A DNA stretch of 62,877 bases, the filler included, from an uncultured Synergistales bacterium (GTDB lineage Bacteria; Synergistota; Synergistia; Synergistales; Aminobacteriaceae): NCBI GenBank assembly GCA_937897575.1. It is 5 parts of 5 records of this genome, joined end to end, with 100 filler letters (N's around TTAATTAATTAA, not from the genome) between each part and the next. Parts side by side here need not be neighbours in the genome. Positions count along the whole stretch, not along the records: positions 1 to 29,124 come from CALCQG010000015.1; 4 more parts are not named here. One strand, 5' to 3'. This document shows, piece by piece, positions 18,470 to 28,996 of the stretch. The notes below the pieces were generated by a model, which was not told where the DNA came from, ran no database searches, and worked only from the letters and a program-made list of their open reading frames with translations. A program made the position numbers and the translations under genes. Within the stretch, counting starts at the first letter, position 1. Every line of letters starts with the position of its first letter.

Positions 18470-19564
18470 ATGCGGAAAAGCCCGAATCTGCACGATGTCG
18501 CCCGGGAGGCCGGAGTTTCGGCGATGACCGTTTCCCGTTTTCTCAACGGGTCGGCTCCTGTGGGAAGCTACGCGCGGCAGCAGATCACCCGGGCGATCGA
18601 AAACCTGAAGTATCGCCCGAACCAGATCGCAAAGAGCCTCCAGACGAGGAAGACCGGCAATATCGCCGTGCTCCTCGGCAACATCTCGAGCCCCATGTCG
18701 GCGCTGACCATCAAAGGCATCGAGAACGTCAGCTTCGGGAACAGATACAACCTTCTCATCGGGAATACGGAGTTCTCCGAGGAAAAGGAGCGGCGCTACC
18801 TCGACATCCTGATGCAAAAGCAGATCGACGGGATGATCCTCGCCCCCTCCTCCAAGGATCGCGAACCTCTTCAGGAGATCATCGACCGGGGGATCCCCCT
18901 GCTCTTTCTGGACCGGCACGTGCCGGGAGTCCAGGCGGACTACGTGGGGTTCGACTTCGAGAATGACAGCTACAATGTGACGGAGCACCTGATCGACAGG
19001 GGGTGCAGAACGATCTCGGTCATCTGCAGACGGGCGGATCTCATCAACGACAGTCCTCAGGTTAAGGGGTTCCACCGGGCGCTGGAGCGGGCGTCGATCC
19101 CATGGGACAGGCAGAGGATTCTGTACTGTCACCCATCGACTGAGGACGCCTACCGATGCATGGGCGAGATCATGGAGAGCGGAACGAGGCCGGACGCCGT
19201 GTACATCGCCTCGAACACGCTCGCCTCCGGTGTGCTGAGATATTGCAAGGACAAGAACATCCTGATCCCGGAGGACTGCATGCTCGCATGTTTCGACTCC
19301 CTCGGCGAATTTGACGATCTCATTCGTCCCAACCTGACCTGTAACGAGGTCCCGGCGTTCGATCTGGGGGTGTACGTGGCCGAGCTGCTGATGCGGCGTA
19401 TCCACGACGGATATGAACGGCCGGATGGGCCCCAGCGCATCACCCTTCCCGGGAAGCTCCTTATACGGGAGTCCACCGGAGATGCAGGAGGGCCTCGAAC
19501 CGGTTCGGAAACCGGCGCTCGCCGGCAAACGGTCCGCGTTTCGGGGGAAGCGGTGACAGGGTGA
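18470..19564 (+). CDS. LacI family transcriptional regulator
   Basis: LHDVAREAGVSAMTVSR HTH; YRPN hinge; periplasmic-binding-protein-like domain. Confidence 0.95.
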   Translation: MRKSPNLHDVAREAGVSAMTVSRFLNGSAPVGSYARQQITRAIENLKYRPNQIAKSLQTRKTGNIAVLLGNISSPMSALTIKGIENVSFGNRYNLLIGNTEFSEEKERRYLDILMQKQIDGMILAPSSKDREPLQEIIDRGIPLLFLDRHVPGVQADYVGFDFENDSYNVTEHLIDRGCRTISVICRRADLINDSPQVKGFHRALERASIPWDRQRILYCHPSTEDAYRCMGEIMESGTRPDAVYIASNTLASGVLRYCKDKNILIPEDCMLACFDSLGEFDDLIRPNLTCNEVPAFDLGVYVAELLMRRIHDGYERPDGPQRITLPGKLLIRESTGDAGGPRTGSETGARRQTVRVSGEAVTG

Positions 19565-19633
19565 CAATAGGGACGCCATCGCGTATGGTCTTCCGAGTAC
19601 ACTGACGACTTCATTCGGTAAGGAGGAGACACC

Positions 19634-20161
19634 GTGCTGAAAGATCTATCTGCCCTTCTCGTCTCGTTTCTTAAAATCGGCTGCGTCGCCTACGGCGGCG
19701 GCCCGTCCATGATCCCCCTCCTCAAGGCGGAGGGGGTGGAGCGAAAGGGCTGGGGGGGGACGGACGACTTCATAGACGCCCTCGCCCTTGGCAACGCCCT
19801 TCCCGGCCCCATCATCACAAAAATGTCGGCGGCCATCGGATACGAAAAGGCCGGCTGGGCAGGGGCGTGGACGGCGATGCTCGGAATCGCGCTGCCGAGC
19901 GCTCTGGCTCTTATCGTCCTCCTGGGCTTCGTGGCCCTCGTGAAGGACAACCCCGTGGTGACGAGCATGCTGCGCGGGCTGCGCCCCGTCGTCGTGGCCA
20001 TGCTCGCCTACGCGTCCTGGGACATGGCGCCCAGCGCCCTGAAGAGCCGTATCACCTGGGCGATCGGCATCATCGCCTTTCTTCTGATGATCTTCACTCC
20101 TCTTCACCCCGCCCTGATCATCGTCCTGGGCGCCGTGACCGGCGTGCTCCTGAAGCTCTAG
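19634..20161 (+). CDS. Short-chain chromate transporter (CHR family), subunit 1
   Basis: KIG..AYGGG and ALPGP motifs; LRPVVVA. Confidence 0.9.
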   Translation: MLKDLSALLVSFLKIGCVAYGGGPSMIPLLKAEGVERKGWGGTDDFIDALALGNALPGPIITKMSAAIGYEKAGWAGAWTAMLGIALPSALALIVLLGFVALVKDNPVVTSMLRGLRPVVVAMLAYASWDMAPSALKSRITWAIGIIAFLLMIFTPLHPALIIVLGAVTGVLLKL

Positions 20162-20171
20162 GAGAGAGAAG

Positions 20172-20696
20172 ATGGAAATACTCCTCGAGCTGTTCATCTC
20201 CTTTGTGAAGATCGGGTGCGTCGGCTACGGCGGAGGCCCCTCCATGGTCCCCCTCATCAAGGAAGAGGTGGTCAACCTCCGGAACTGGATGGCGCTGCCG
20301 GACTTCATGGACGCCCTTGCCATAGGAAACGCCCTCCCCGGACCCGTGGCGACGAAGATGTCCACTGTGGTCGGTTACGAGGTGGCGGGACCTCTGGGCG
20401 CCCTGGTCGCGACCATTGCCATCGTCCTTCCGAGCGTCGTCGCCCTTCTTCTTCTGCTTCGCTTCGTCGCCCGGGTCAAGGACAACCCCAGGGTCAAGAG
20501 CATGCTGAAAGGGCTCCGGCCGGTGGTGGTCGCCCTCCTCGCCTACGCCGCCTACGACATGTCCTTCGGCTCCATCACGGGGGTCGCCACAGGAGCCATC
20601 GCGGCCGTTACCCTGCTGCTCATGATCCATACCAAGATCCACCCCGCGCTCTTCATCGTCGCCGGAGCCGCCGCCGGGGCGCTACTCGGGTTGTGA
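20172..20696 (+). CDS. Short-chain chromate transporter (CHR family), subunit 2
   Basis: Paralog of the upstream gene; GYGGG and ALPGP motifs. Confidence 0.9.
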   Translation: MEILLELFISFVKIGCVGYGGGPSMVPLIKEEVVNLRNWMALPDFMDALAIGNALPGPVATKMSTVVGYEVAGPLGALVATIAIVLPSVVALLLLLRFVARVKDNPRVKSMLKGLRPVVVALLAYAAYDMSFGSITGVATGAIAAVTLLLMIHTKIHPALFIVAGAAAGALLGL

Positions 20697-20754
20697 AGAG
20701 CACGCGCAACGCGACGGAGCTGCCCATAATCTGCCGAACAGGGAGAGGAAATAG

Positions 20755-21867
20755 ATGAGGGATATCTCGCCGATGTACTCACGCCGCGCCGAACGTATGA
20801 GCGAAGAGCTCGAAGCTCTGGGCGCCGACGGGTTCTTTCTCGCCTCCAGTGAATCGAACAACGCGGCGTCGATACAGTATTTTTCCGGGTTCACCGGTTC
20901 GTTCGCGATCCTCGTCCTCGGGAGAGAGGGCGGCCGTCTTGTCACCGACTCGCGGTACTTTCTGCAGGCGGAAGAGCAGTCCGCCTTCCCCCTTGTCCGC
21001 ATGGAGGACAGGGACCCCTGGCCGGCCGTCGGACAGGCCCTGGCCGAACTCGGCGTACAGACCATCGCCGTGGAGGACGATCGGCTCAGCCTCCTCCAGG
21101 GGCGAGCGCTGGAAAAAGTCGTCAAAACCGTCGTCGGGACCGCGGACCTCCCGCGCCGCCTCAGAGCCGTGAAGGACCCGGAGGAGCAGGAACAGCTCCG
21201 ACGCTCCGCGCGCATTGCCGCCGAGGCCTTCGAAGCCTTTCTTCCGGCGATACGCCCCGGCAGGTCCGAGGCCGAGATCGCCGCGGACCTCGTGTATGAG
21301 ATCCGGAGACGAGGGGCTCAGCAGATGGCCAAGGGGAACTTCGTCGTGGCCTCGGGCCCGAGAGGGGCCCGACCCCACGGGGTGTTCACCGACAGGGTCC
21401 TTCAGTGCGGGGATTTCGTCACTATGGACTTCGGCGCGGTCCTGAACGGTTACTATTCCGACATCACCAGGACGGTGGGGATCGGAGATGTGGATTCCAG
21501 GCTCATCGAGCTGTACCACATCGTCGATGAAGCCAGAAGAAGGGCGATCGCGGCCGTCTCGGCGAACGCCACCGGCCGGGAGGTCGACGCGGCGGCCAGA
21601 GACTATATAGCGTCGAAGGGGTGGGGCGACTGCTTCACCCACTCCACCGGCCACGGGATAGGCCTGGAGCTTCATGAACTGCCCGTCGTCAATCGTCTGA
21701 ACGACCGGAAGCTCCCCGTCGGCGCCGTCGTGACGGTGGAGCCGGGAATTTACGTGGAGGAGTTGGGCGGCGTCCGTATCGAGGACGACGTCATCGTCCA
21801 CCCTGATAACGGGGAGGTGATTACGGCGGCGTCCTCTACGGCGCTTCGTCTTCTCTCCCCCGCGTAG
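20755..21867 (+). CDS. M24B Xaa-Pro aminopeptidase/dipeptidase
   Basis: DFG..GYYSDITRT, HSTGHGIGLELHE, EPGIY and GVRIEDD motifs. Confidence 0.93.
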   Translation: MRDISPMYSRRAERMSEELEALGADGFFLASSESNNAASIQYFSGFTGSFAILVLGREGGRLVTDSRYFLQAEEQSAFPLVRMEDRDPWPAVGQALAELGVQTIAVEDDRLSLLQGRALEKVVKTVVGTADLPRRLRAVKDPEEQEQLRRSARIAAEAFEAFLPAIRPGRSEAEIAADLVYEIRRRGAQQMAKGNFVVASGPRGARPHGVFTDRVLQCGDFVTMDFGAVLNGYYSDITRTVGIGDVDSRLIELYHIVDEARRRAIAAVSANATGREVDAAARDYIASKGWGDCFTHSTGHGIGLELHELPVVNRLNDRKLPVGAVVTVEPGIYVEELGGVRIEDDVIVHPDNGEVITAASSTALRLLSPA

Positions 21868-21948
21868 GGACAGGGAGTGAATTCTCCTCCGGCGTTCGCC
21901 GGAGGTACACGGTCCACGGACCACACAGATGAAAGGGTGTGAAAGAGT

Positions 21949-23457
21949 ATGAAGGTCTTCCGTCCCGTACTGTGCGCGCTTCTTTTGGTCGCGGCGATGA
22001 GCGTTCCCGCCTTTGCCGCCGAGATTCGCCTCGCCCAGGTGGCGGACATCTCGAGCCTCGATCCCCACAAAGTGAGCGATATCTACTCCGCCAACGTCAT
22101 TCGGCAGATCTACAGCAATCTGGTCCAGGTGAACGAAAACATGGAGATCGTGCCCGACCTGGCCGAGAGCTGGGAGAACCCCGACGATCTCACGTGGATT
22201 TTCCACCTCCGCAAAGGGATCACCTTCCACAACGGGGAGCCCTTCACGGCGAAGGACGTAAAGTACTCCATCGAGCGCATCCGAAACCCCGAGACGGCAT
22301 CGCCGGGCGCGACCCATCTCAAGGAGGTCCAGTCGGTGGAAGCTCCCGATGATTACACGGTGAAGATCGTCACGAAGCGGCCCTTCGCCCCCATGCTCAT
22401 GAGCCTCACCCGATACGAGACGTCCATCCTGAACGAGAAAGCCGTCTCGGCGAGCGGAGCCGATTACGGCAGCAAGGCCGCCGTGGGGACGGGCCCCTTC
22501 AAGTTCGTCGAGTGGTCCCGCGGCGACAAGGTGACGCTCGAGAAGAACCCGGAGTACTTCCGGGGCCCGGCCGTTCTGGACAGAGTGATCTACCGGGGCA
22601 TCCCCGAGGACGCCACCCGTCTCATCGAGCTCGAGTCCGGCGGCGTGGACCTTATCCCTGGCAACTTCCCCTACCAGGAGTTCGCCAACATCGAGAAGAA
22701 CGACAAGTACCTGACGTACAAGGTCCCGGCCATGTCCACCCTGTACATGGGGCTGAACACCGAGGTGAAACCCTTCGGGGACAAGCTCGTGCGCCAGGCG
22801 ATGAACTATGCCGTGGACAAGCAGGCCATCGTCGACGCCGTATACTTCGGGTTCGCCGCGCCGTCCAGAGGGCCTCTCTCTCCCGTGATCTGGGGCTTCG
22901 ACCCGACGAGGACCGCCGTCTACCCCTACGACCCCGTGAAGGCGAAAGAGCTTCTCAAGCAGGCGGGGTACGCCGACGGGTTCGACATGACCATCTACTC
23001 CGATAACCGCACCGAACGGCGCAGCGCGGCCGAGCTGATTCAGGCCTATCTGGCCGAGGTCGGCATCCGGGCGAACATCGAGCTCATGGAGTGGAGCGCC
23101 CTCCTCTCCACTTCGGCGAAGGGCATCGGCGGCGCCTTCATGCTCGGATGGACGGGCACCGGCGACGCGGACGGCGGAATGACACCCGTCTACCACTCCG
23201 CCAATATCGGCTCCTCCAACAGATTCCGCTATAAGAGCGAGGGCATTGACGCGCTGCTCGATAAGGGCACGGCGACCCTCGACCAGGACGCGCGGAAAAA
23301 GGTCTACGCCGAGGTCCAGGAGCTCATTACCGAGGAGTGCCCGCTGGTGTTCATGATCAGTCAGGAGCTGCTCGGCGCCTCCTCGAAAAAAGTGCAGGGG
23401 TTCAAGCTGTACCCGAACATGATCAGCCCCCTCTACACCGTCACGCTGTCCGAATAG
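21949..23457 (+). CDS. Dpp/Opp/Gsi family ABC substrate-binding protein
   Basis: Signal peptide; PDLAESWE, LRKGITFHNG, GTGPFKF. Confidence 0.93.
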   Translation: MKVFRPVLCALLLVAAMSVPAFAAEIRLAQVADISSLDPHKVSDIYSANVIRQIYSNLVQVNENMEIVPDLAESWENPDDLTWIFHLRKGITFHNGEPFTAKDVKYSIERIRNPETASPGATHLKEVQSVEAPDDYTVKIVTKRPFAPMLMSLTRYETSILNEKAVSASGADYGSKAAVGTGPFKFVEWSRGDKVTLEKNPEYFRGPAVLDRVIYRGIPEDATRLIELESGGVDLIPGNFPYQEFANIEKNDKYLTYKVPAMSTLYMGLNTEVKPFGDKLVRQAMNYAVDKQAIVDAVYFGFAAPSRGPLSPVIWGFDPTRTAVYPYDPVKAKELLKQAGYADGFDMTIYSDNRTERRSAAELIQAYLAEVGIRANIELMEWSALLSTSAKGIGGAFMLGWTGTGDADGGMTPVYHSANIGSSNRFRYKSEGIDALLDKGTATLDQDARKKVYAEVQELITEECPLVFMISQELLGASSKKVQGFKLYPNMISPLYTVTLSE

Positions 23458-23528
23458 GGGCCATCCATCTCGTGGCCGGAGGCCTGCCCTGACCGGCAGC
23501 CCCGGCCACATTCCGGAGGTTTCCGCCG

Positions 23529-24464
23529 ATGCTTCGATACTTTACGAAACGTCTGATATTCCTGATCCCCGTCCTTCTCGGGGTATCCATCGTGATCTTC
23601 GCCATCGTCCACCTCGCGCCCGGGGACCCCGCCGAGGTCATGCTCGGCCCCAGCGCCACGCAGGAGGACATCGGCAAGCTCAGAGAACAGCTGGGGCTCA
23701 CGAAGCCCCTCTACGTCCAGTATTGGATTTTTCTCACCAACGCTCTGAAAGGGGACCTGGGACGCTCCATCAAGAGCAACGCGCCGGTGCTCGAGGAGAT
23801 CCTGGAGCGCTTCCCCGCCACGTTGACCTTGGCGTCTCTCGGCATGCTCTTTGCCATCACCGTCGGGCTTCCGCTCGGCGTCCTCGCCGCCCTCAAACAG
23901 AACACCTGGGTGGACGCCCTGTGCAGCTTCTTTGCGCTCGTCGGCTTCTCCATTCCGAACTTCTGGGTCGGCCTTATGCTCATGCTGCTTCTCTCCATCA
24001 CCATACCGATCCTTCCGTCTTCCGGGTTCGACTCGTGGAAGAACCTGATCATGCCCACCATCGTCCTCGGCATCCAGACCATGGCCGTCATCGCACGGAT
24101 GACGCGGTCGAGCATGCTGGAGGTCATCCGGCAGGACTACGTCCGGACCGCCCGTGCCAAGGGCATCTCCGACCGCCTCGTTCTCACCCGCCACATCCTG
24201 ACAAACGTCATGATCCCCGTGGTCACCATCGCGGGCATCTATTTCGGACACTCCCTGGGCGGCGTGGTCATCACGGAGACCATCTTCTCCATCCCCGGAC
24301 TGGGGCGTCTCATCGTCGACGCCATCCGTGCCCAGGACTACCCCGTGGTGCAGGGCGGCGTACTCTTCTTCGCCCTGTGCGTCGGCATAGTGAATCTTCT
24401 TGTGGACCTGCTCTACGCGGTGCTCGACCCCCGGATCAAGGCCCAGTACCGCTCCGCGAAGTGA
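23529..24464 (+). CDS. Peptide ABC permease (DppB-like)
   Basis: PGDPA; DYVRTARAKG loop. Confidence 0.93.
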   Translation: MLRYFTKRLIFLIPVLLGVSIVIFAIVHLAPGDPAEVMLGPSATQEDIGKLREQLGLTKPLYVQYWIFLTNALKGDLGRSIKSNAPVLEEILERFPATLTLASLGMLFAITVGLPLGVLAALKQNTWVDALCSFFALVGFSIPNFWVGLMLMLLLSITIPILPSSGFDSWKNLIMPTIVLGIQTMAVIARMTRSSMLEVIRQDYVRTARAKGISDRLVLTRHILTNVMIPVVTIAGIYFGHSLGGVVITETIFSIPGLGRLIVDAIRAQDYPVVQGGVLFFALCVGIVNLLVDLLYAVLDPRIKAQYRSAK

Positions 24465-24485
24465 CGAAAGGAGGACCGTCCATCC

Positions 24486-25391
24486 ATGACCATGAGTGAA
24501 AAGACCGTGCCGGCCTCCTCGGGGAGCGGCGGCGCGCTTAGGGAAAAAAGACGAAGTCCGTGGTGGGAGGTATGGAGGCGGCTGCGCCGGAACAAGGCGG
24601 CCGTGGCGGGCATGACCGTGGTGATCCTGCTGCTCTTCGTGGCCGTCTTCGCCCCCCTCATCGCGCCCTACGACCCGAACCAGACGAACATCAAGATCCG
24701 GCTCCAGCCGCCATCCGCCGAACACCTCATGGGGACGGACAACTTCGGGCGCGACATGTTCAGCCGCGTCATCTACGGCAGCAGAATTTCCCTCTACGTG
24801 GGCTTCATAGCCGTGGGGATCGGCGCCGTCTTCGGGGGCATCCTGGGCGCCGTCGGCGGATACTACGGCGGACGCCTCGACAACTTCATCATGCGGTGCA
24901 TGGACGTGCTGCTGGCAATTCCGCAGATCATCCTCGCCATCGCCATCGTCGGAGCGCTCGGGACGAGCCTCCTGAACCTCATGATCGCCGTTGGGATCAG
25001 CCAGTTGCCCCGGTACGCCCGGGTCGTCCGGGCCTCCACCCTCACCGTCCGCGGACAGGAGTTCGTGGAGGCCGCAAAGGCCATCGGAGCCAGCGACACC
25101 AGGATCATCCTCGAGAACATCCTGCCGAACTGCATGGCGCCCATCATCGTCCAGAGCACCCTCGGCGTGGCCCAGGCCATCCTTGCGGCGGCGACCCTCT
25201 CCTTCCTCGGGCTGGGCATCCAGCCTCCCACCGCGGAGTGGGGCTCCATGCTGAGCTCCGGCAGACAGTTTCTGCGCAATGCTCCCTATCTGACCTTCTT
25301 CCCGGGCGTGGCCATCTCCATCGTCGTCCTCGCCCTGAACATCTTCGGCGACGGGCTCAGGGACTCCCTGGACCCCAAGCTCCGCCAATAG
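24486..25391 (+). CDS. Peptide ABC permease (DppC-like)
   Basis: GTDNFGRD; EFVEAAKAIGA. Confidence 0.93.
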   Translation: MTMSEKTVPASSGSGGALREKRRSPWWEVWRRLRRNKAAVAGMTVVILLLFVAVFAPLIAPYDPNQTNIKIRLQPPSAEHLMGTDNFGRDMFSRVIYGSRISLYVGFIAVGIGAVFGGILGAVGGYYGGRLDNFIMRCMDVLLAIPQIILAIAIVGALGTSLLNLMIAVGISQLPRYARVVRASTLTVRGQEFVEAAKAIGASDTRIILENILPNCMAPIIVQSTLGVAQAILAAATLSFLGLGIQPPTAEWGSMLSSGRQFLRNAPYLTFFPGVAISIVVLALNIFGDGLRDSLDPKLRQ

Positions 25392-25405
25392 GCCGCGAGG
25401 TTGAC

Positions 25406-26383
25406 ATGAAGGACACGCTGTTGGAAATCAAGGATCTCAACGTGATCTACAAGACCTACGAGGGAACCGTCGCCGCCGTGAACGGAGTCGACTTCGCCCT
25501 CGACAGGGGGAAGACCCTCGGCCTGGTGGGCGAGAGCGGCGCGGGGAAGACGACCACCGCGCTCTCCATAATGGGGCTTGTCCCGTCGCCCCCCGGCATC
25601 ATCCAACGGGGCAGAGTCACCTTCGCGGGGCAGGACCTGCTCACCCTGCCGGAAAAGGACATGAAAAAAATCCGCGGTAACCGCATCTCCATGATCTTTC
25701 AGGACCCCATGACCTCCCTGAACCCCGTCCTCTCCGTGGGGCTTCAGATCTCCGAGGCGCTCGTCGCGCACCAGAACCTCTCGGAGGCCGAGGCGGAGAG
25801 GAAGGCGGCGGAGATGCTGGAAAAGGTGCAGATCCCCGGCGCCCGGTACCGGGAGTACCCCCACGAATTCAGCGGCGGCATGCGCCAGAGGGTGGTCATC
25901 GCCATGGCCCTGGCGTGCAACCCCAGGCTCATCATCGCCGACGAGCCGACCACGGCGCTGGACGTGACCATCCAGGCCCAGGTGCTCGAGCTCATGAGGA
26001 GCCTGAAGGAGGAGTTCGCCACCGCCATGATCATGATCACCCACGACCTCGGCGTCGTCGGCGAGGTCTGCGACGATGTGGCCGTCATGTATGCCGGGCG
26101 CATCGTGGAGATGGGATCCCTCGATCAGATCTTCGGGAACGCGATGCACCCCTATACCCTCGGGTTGTTCCGGTGCATCCCCGATATCGAGGAGGAGTCC
26201 TCGACGATCCACCCCATCGAAGGGCTGATGCCGGAGCCGCTGGACCTTCCGAAAGGGTGCCCCTTCCATCCGAGGTGCCCCCAGTGTATGGAGGTCTGCC
26301 GGCAGGTCGTTCCGGAGGCCTGCGAGGACAACGGACACAGGGTGCTGTGCCATCTCTTCGGCGGAGGTGAACGACGTGCCTGA
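25406..26383 (+). CDS. Peptide ABC ATPase (DppD-like)
   Basis: GESGAGKT, FSGGMRQR; C-terminal Cys domain. Confidence 0.93.
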   Translation: MKDTLLEIKDLNVIYKTYEGTVAAVNGVDFALDRGKTLGLVGESGAGKTTTALSIMGLVPSPPGIIQRGRVTFAGQDLLTLPEKDMKKIRGNRISMIFQDPMTSLNPVLSVGLQISEALVAHQNLSEAEAERKAAEMLEKVQIPGARYREYPHEFSGGMRQRVVIAMALACNPRLIIADEPTTALDVTIQAQVLELMRSLKEEFATAMIMITHDLGVVGEVCDDVAVMYAGRIVEMGSLDQIFGNAMHPYTLGLFRCIPDIEEESSTIHPIEGLMPEPLDLPKGCPFHPRCPQCMEVCRQVVPEACEDNGHRVLCHLFGGGERRA

Positions 26384-27317
26384 ACTCATCGTGGTCGAAA
26401 ATCTCAGGAAGTACTTCCCGGTGGCGGCGGGGAATGTTCACGCCGTGGACGACGTCTCCTTCACCATCGACGAAGGGGAGACCCTCGGCCTCGTCGGCGA
26501 ATCGGGGTGCGGAAAGTCCACGACGGGGCGGTTGCTCATCCGCCTCATCGAGCCGACCTCGGGGCGGATCCTCTACCGGGGGCGCGACATGGCCTCCATG
26601 GACAAGCAGGAACTTCACGGCCTCCGCAAGGAGATGCAGATCATCTTCCAGGACCCCTTCTCCTCCATCGATCCTCGCAAAAGCATCGGGGAGACCATCG
26701 GCAAACCCCTGGAGATCTTCGGCATGGGAAGAAAAGAGCGGGAGGAGACCGTGGACGCGCTCATGGAGAAGGTGGGCCTGAGCCCGAGGCTCTACTACAA
26801 GTACCCTCACGAGCTGGACGGAGGGCGTCGCCAGCGGGTGGGCATAGCGCGGGCGCTGTCCCTTTCGCCCAGCTTCATCGTGTGCGACGAGCCCGTGTCG
26901 GCGCTGGACGTCTCCATTCAGTCTCAGATTCTGAATCTCCTGCAAGAGCTGCAGGAGACCATGAAGCTCACCTACCTCTTCGTCTCCCACGATCTCTCCG
27001 TGGTGAAGCACATCAGCGACCGGATCGCCGTCATGTACCTCGGAAAGATCGTCGAGTCCGCCCCGTCCCTGGACCTCTTCAGAAACACGCTGCACCCCTA
27101 CTCCCAGGCCCTCTTGGCGGCTGTCCCCATCCCGAAGCTCAACAGAAAACGGGAGCGCTTCATCCTCTCGGGCGGCGTCCCGAGCCCCATCAACCCGCCC
27201 ACGGGGTGCCGGTTCCACACGCGGTGCCCGTGGACGATGGACATCTGCTCGCAGCAGGAGCCGCCCCTGACCGACCGGGGCGGAGGACACTCCGTTGCCT
27301 GCCACAAAGTCCCATAA
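26376..27317 (+). CDS. Peptide ABC ATPase (DppF-like)
   Basis: [25 protein letters not shown] before GTG. Confidence 0.93.
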   Translation: MPELIVVENLRKYFPVAAGNVHAVDDVSFTIDEGETLGLVGESGCGKSTTGRLLIRLIEPTSGRILYRGRDMASMDKQELHGLRKEMQIIFQDPFSSIDPRKSIGETIGKPLEIFGMGRKEREETVDALMEKVGLSPRLYYKYPHELDGGRRQRVGIARALSLSPSFIVCDEPVSALDVSIQSQILNLLQELQETMKLTYLFVSHDLSVVKHISDRIAVMYLGKIVESAPSLDLFRNTLHPYSQALLAAVPIPKLNRKRERFILSGGVPSPINPPTGCRFHTRCPWTMDICSQQEPPLTDRGGGHSVACHKVP

Positions 27318-27333
27318 CGAAGGAGGAATTGAT

Positions 27334-28953
27334 ATGCCCGTTCAGTATGATCCCCACTACTACCCCTACCCGTCGCGAAGGACCATGACCTACGCCTCCC
27401 GGGGCATGGTCTGCGCCTCCCACCCCCTCGCCGCCCAGGCCGGGCTCGAGGTGCTGAAAAAGGGCGGCAACGCCGTGGACGCCATCGTGGCCACGGCAGC
27501 GGCCCTGACGGTGGTCGAACCGACGGCGAACGGCATCGGCAGCGACGCCTTCGCCATCCTCTGGAAGGACGGCAAGCTCCGGGGGCTCAACTCCAGCGGC
27601 CCCATCCCGAAGGCCCTCTCCATGGACGTGGCGGAGAAAAAGGGGTGGACGTCGCAGGGGACCCTCCCCGTCGGCGGCTGGGCCCCGACCACCGTCCCGG
27701 GCGCCCCGGCGGCGTGGGCGGAGCTCACAAAGAAGGCGGGGCGGCTGTCCCTGAGGGAGAACCTCGCCCCCGCAGTGCACCTCGCGCGCGACGGGCACGC
27801 CGTCTCCGTCACCACGGCGCACTTCTGGGACCTGGCCTTCAAAAAATACTCGAAGGAGCGGGGCGACGAGTTCAAGGCCTGGTTCGACACCTTCGCCCCC
27901 ACGGGGCGCACTCCCCGGGCCGGCGAGGTCTTCACGTCCGAGCCCCACGCTCGGACCCTCGAGCTGATCGGCGACAGCGACGCCGAGCAGTTCTACCGCG
28001 GGGCAATCGCCGAGAAGATCGTCGCCGCCGCCGGAAAGACGGGCGGCTACTTCGCGCCGGAGGACCTCGCCTCCTTCGCTCCCGAATGGGTGGACCCCAT
28101 CGGCGTGGACTACAAGGGGTACAGGGTCTGGGAGATCCCCCCCAACGGGCAGGGAATCATCGCCCTCATCGCCCTCTCCCTCCTCCGGGGCTTCGACTTC
28201 CCGTCCCACGACGACCCCGAGACGATCCACCGGCAGATCGAGGCCATCAAGATGGGCTTCGCCGACGCCAGACGGTACGTGGCGGACACGCGCTTCCACG
28301 ACGTCCCCGTCGAGGGGCTTCTGAGCGCCGCCTACGCCGACGCCAGACGGGCGCAGATCGGCGCCTCGGCCGAACCCAGAAACGCGGGGAATCCTCTGCC
28401 CGGCGGGACGGTCTACCTCTGCGCCGCCGACGGCGAGGGGACCATGATCTCCTACATCCAGAGCAACTACATGGGCTTCGGCTCCGGCGTGGTCGTGCCC
28501 GAGACGGGCATCGCGCTGAACAACAGGGGGTACTGCTTCTCCCTCGTCCAGGGCCATCCGAACATGCTCGAACCGGGCAAGCGCCCCTACAACACCATCA
28601 TTCCGGGCTTTCTCACGAAGGACGGGCGGCCCGTGGGCCCCTTCGGCGTCATGGGCGGCTTCATGCAGCCCCAGGGGCACGTGCAGGTGATCATGAACAC
28701 CGTGGACTTCCACATGAACCCCCAGCAGGCCATCGACGCCCCGCGCTGGCAGTGGATGGGCGGCATGGACGTCTCCGTGGAGCCCGGCTTCTGCCCGGCC
28801 ATCGCCCAGAGCCTCCATCGGCGGGGGCACGCCGTGAAGTTCGAGCTCGACTCCGGCTCCTTCGGCCGGGGAGAGATCATCTGGAACACGCCCGAGGGGA
28901 CCCTCGGCGGGGCCACGGAGTCCCGTACCGACGGTTGCGTGGCGGCATGGTGA
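27334..28953 (+). CDS. Cytoplasmic gamma-glutamyltransferase family Ntn-hydrolase (YwrD/HpxW type)
   Basis: GGNAVDA, EIPPNGQG, GGTVYL nucleophile, IQSNYMGFGSG, GVMGGFMQPQG; no signal peptide. Confidence 0.9.
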   Translation: MPVQYDPHYYPYPSRRTMTYASRGMVCASHPLAAQAGLEVLKKGGNAVDAIVATAAALTVVEPTANGIGSDAFAILWKDGKLRGLNSSGPIPKALSMDVAEKKGWTSQGTLPVGGWAPTTVPGAPAAWAELTKKAGRLSLRENLAPAVHLARDGHAVSVTTAHFWDLAFKKYSKERGDEFKAWFDTFAPTGRTPRAGEVFTSEPHARTLELIGDSDAEQFYRGAIAEKIVAAAGKTGGYFAPEDLASFAPEWVDPIGVDYKGYRVWEIPPNGQGIIALIALSLLRGFDFPSHDDPETIHRQIEAIKMGFADARRYVADTRFHDVPVEGLLSAAYADARRAQIGASAEPRNAGNPLPGGTVYLCAADGEGTMISYIQSNYMGFGSGVVVPETGIALNNRGYCFSLVQGHPNMLEPGKRPYNTIIPGFLTKDGRPVGPFGVMGGFMQPQGHVQVIMNTVDFHMNPQQAIDAPRWQWMGGMDVSVEPGFCPAIAQSLHRRGHAVKFELDSGSFGRGEIIWNTPEGTLGGATESRTDGCVAAW

Positions 28954-28996
28954 CCGCGGCCTCGCGTACCCGTTCGCGACGGACGGCAAGGAGCCG

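Noticed and set aside
19730..19760. G8 tract in the first chromate transporter gene as a phase-variation site
   Set aside because: The gene is in frame; the Gly codons fall where the paralog has hydrophobic residues, consistent with T-to-G base-call errors or chance in GC-rich DNA.
20779..23511. Very long antisense ORFs (910 aa here; also 16183-18357, 47023-49383 and others)
   Set aside because: Shadow ORFs caused by GC-rich codon bias opposite well-supported genes.
26805..26840. LDGGRRQ instead of LSGGQ in the DppF-like ATPase
   Set aside because: To my knowledge a recurrent variant in peptide ABC ATPases of anaerobes; the other motifs are intact.
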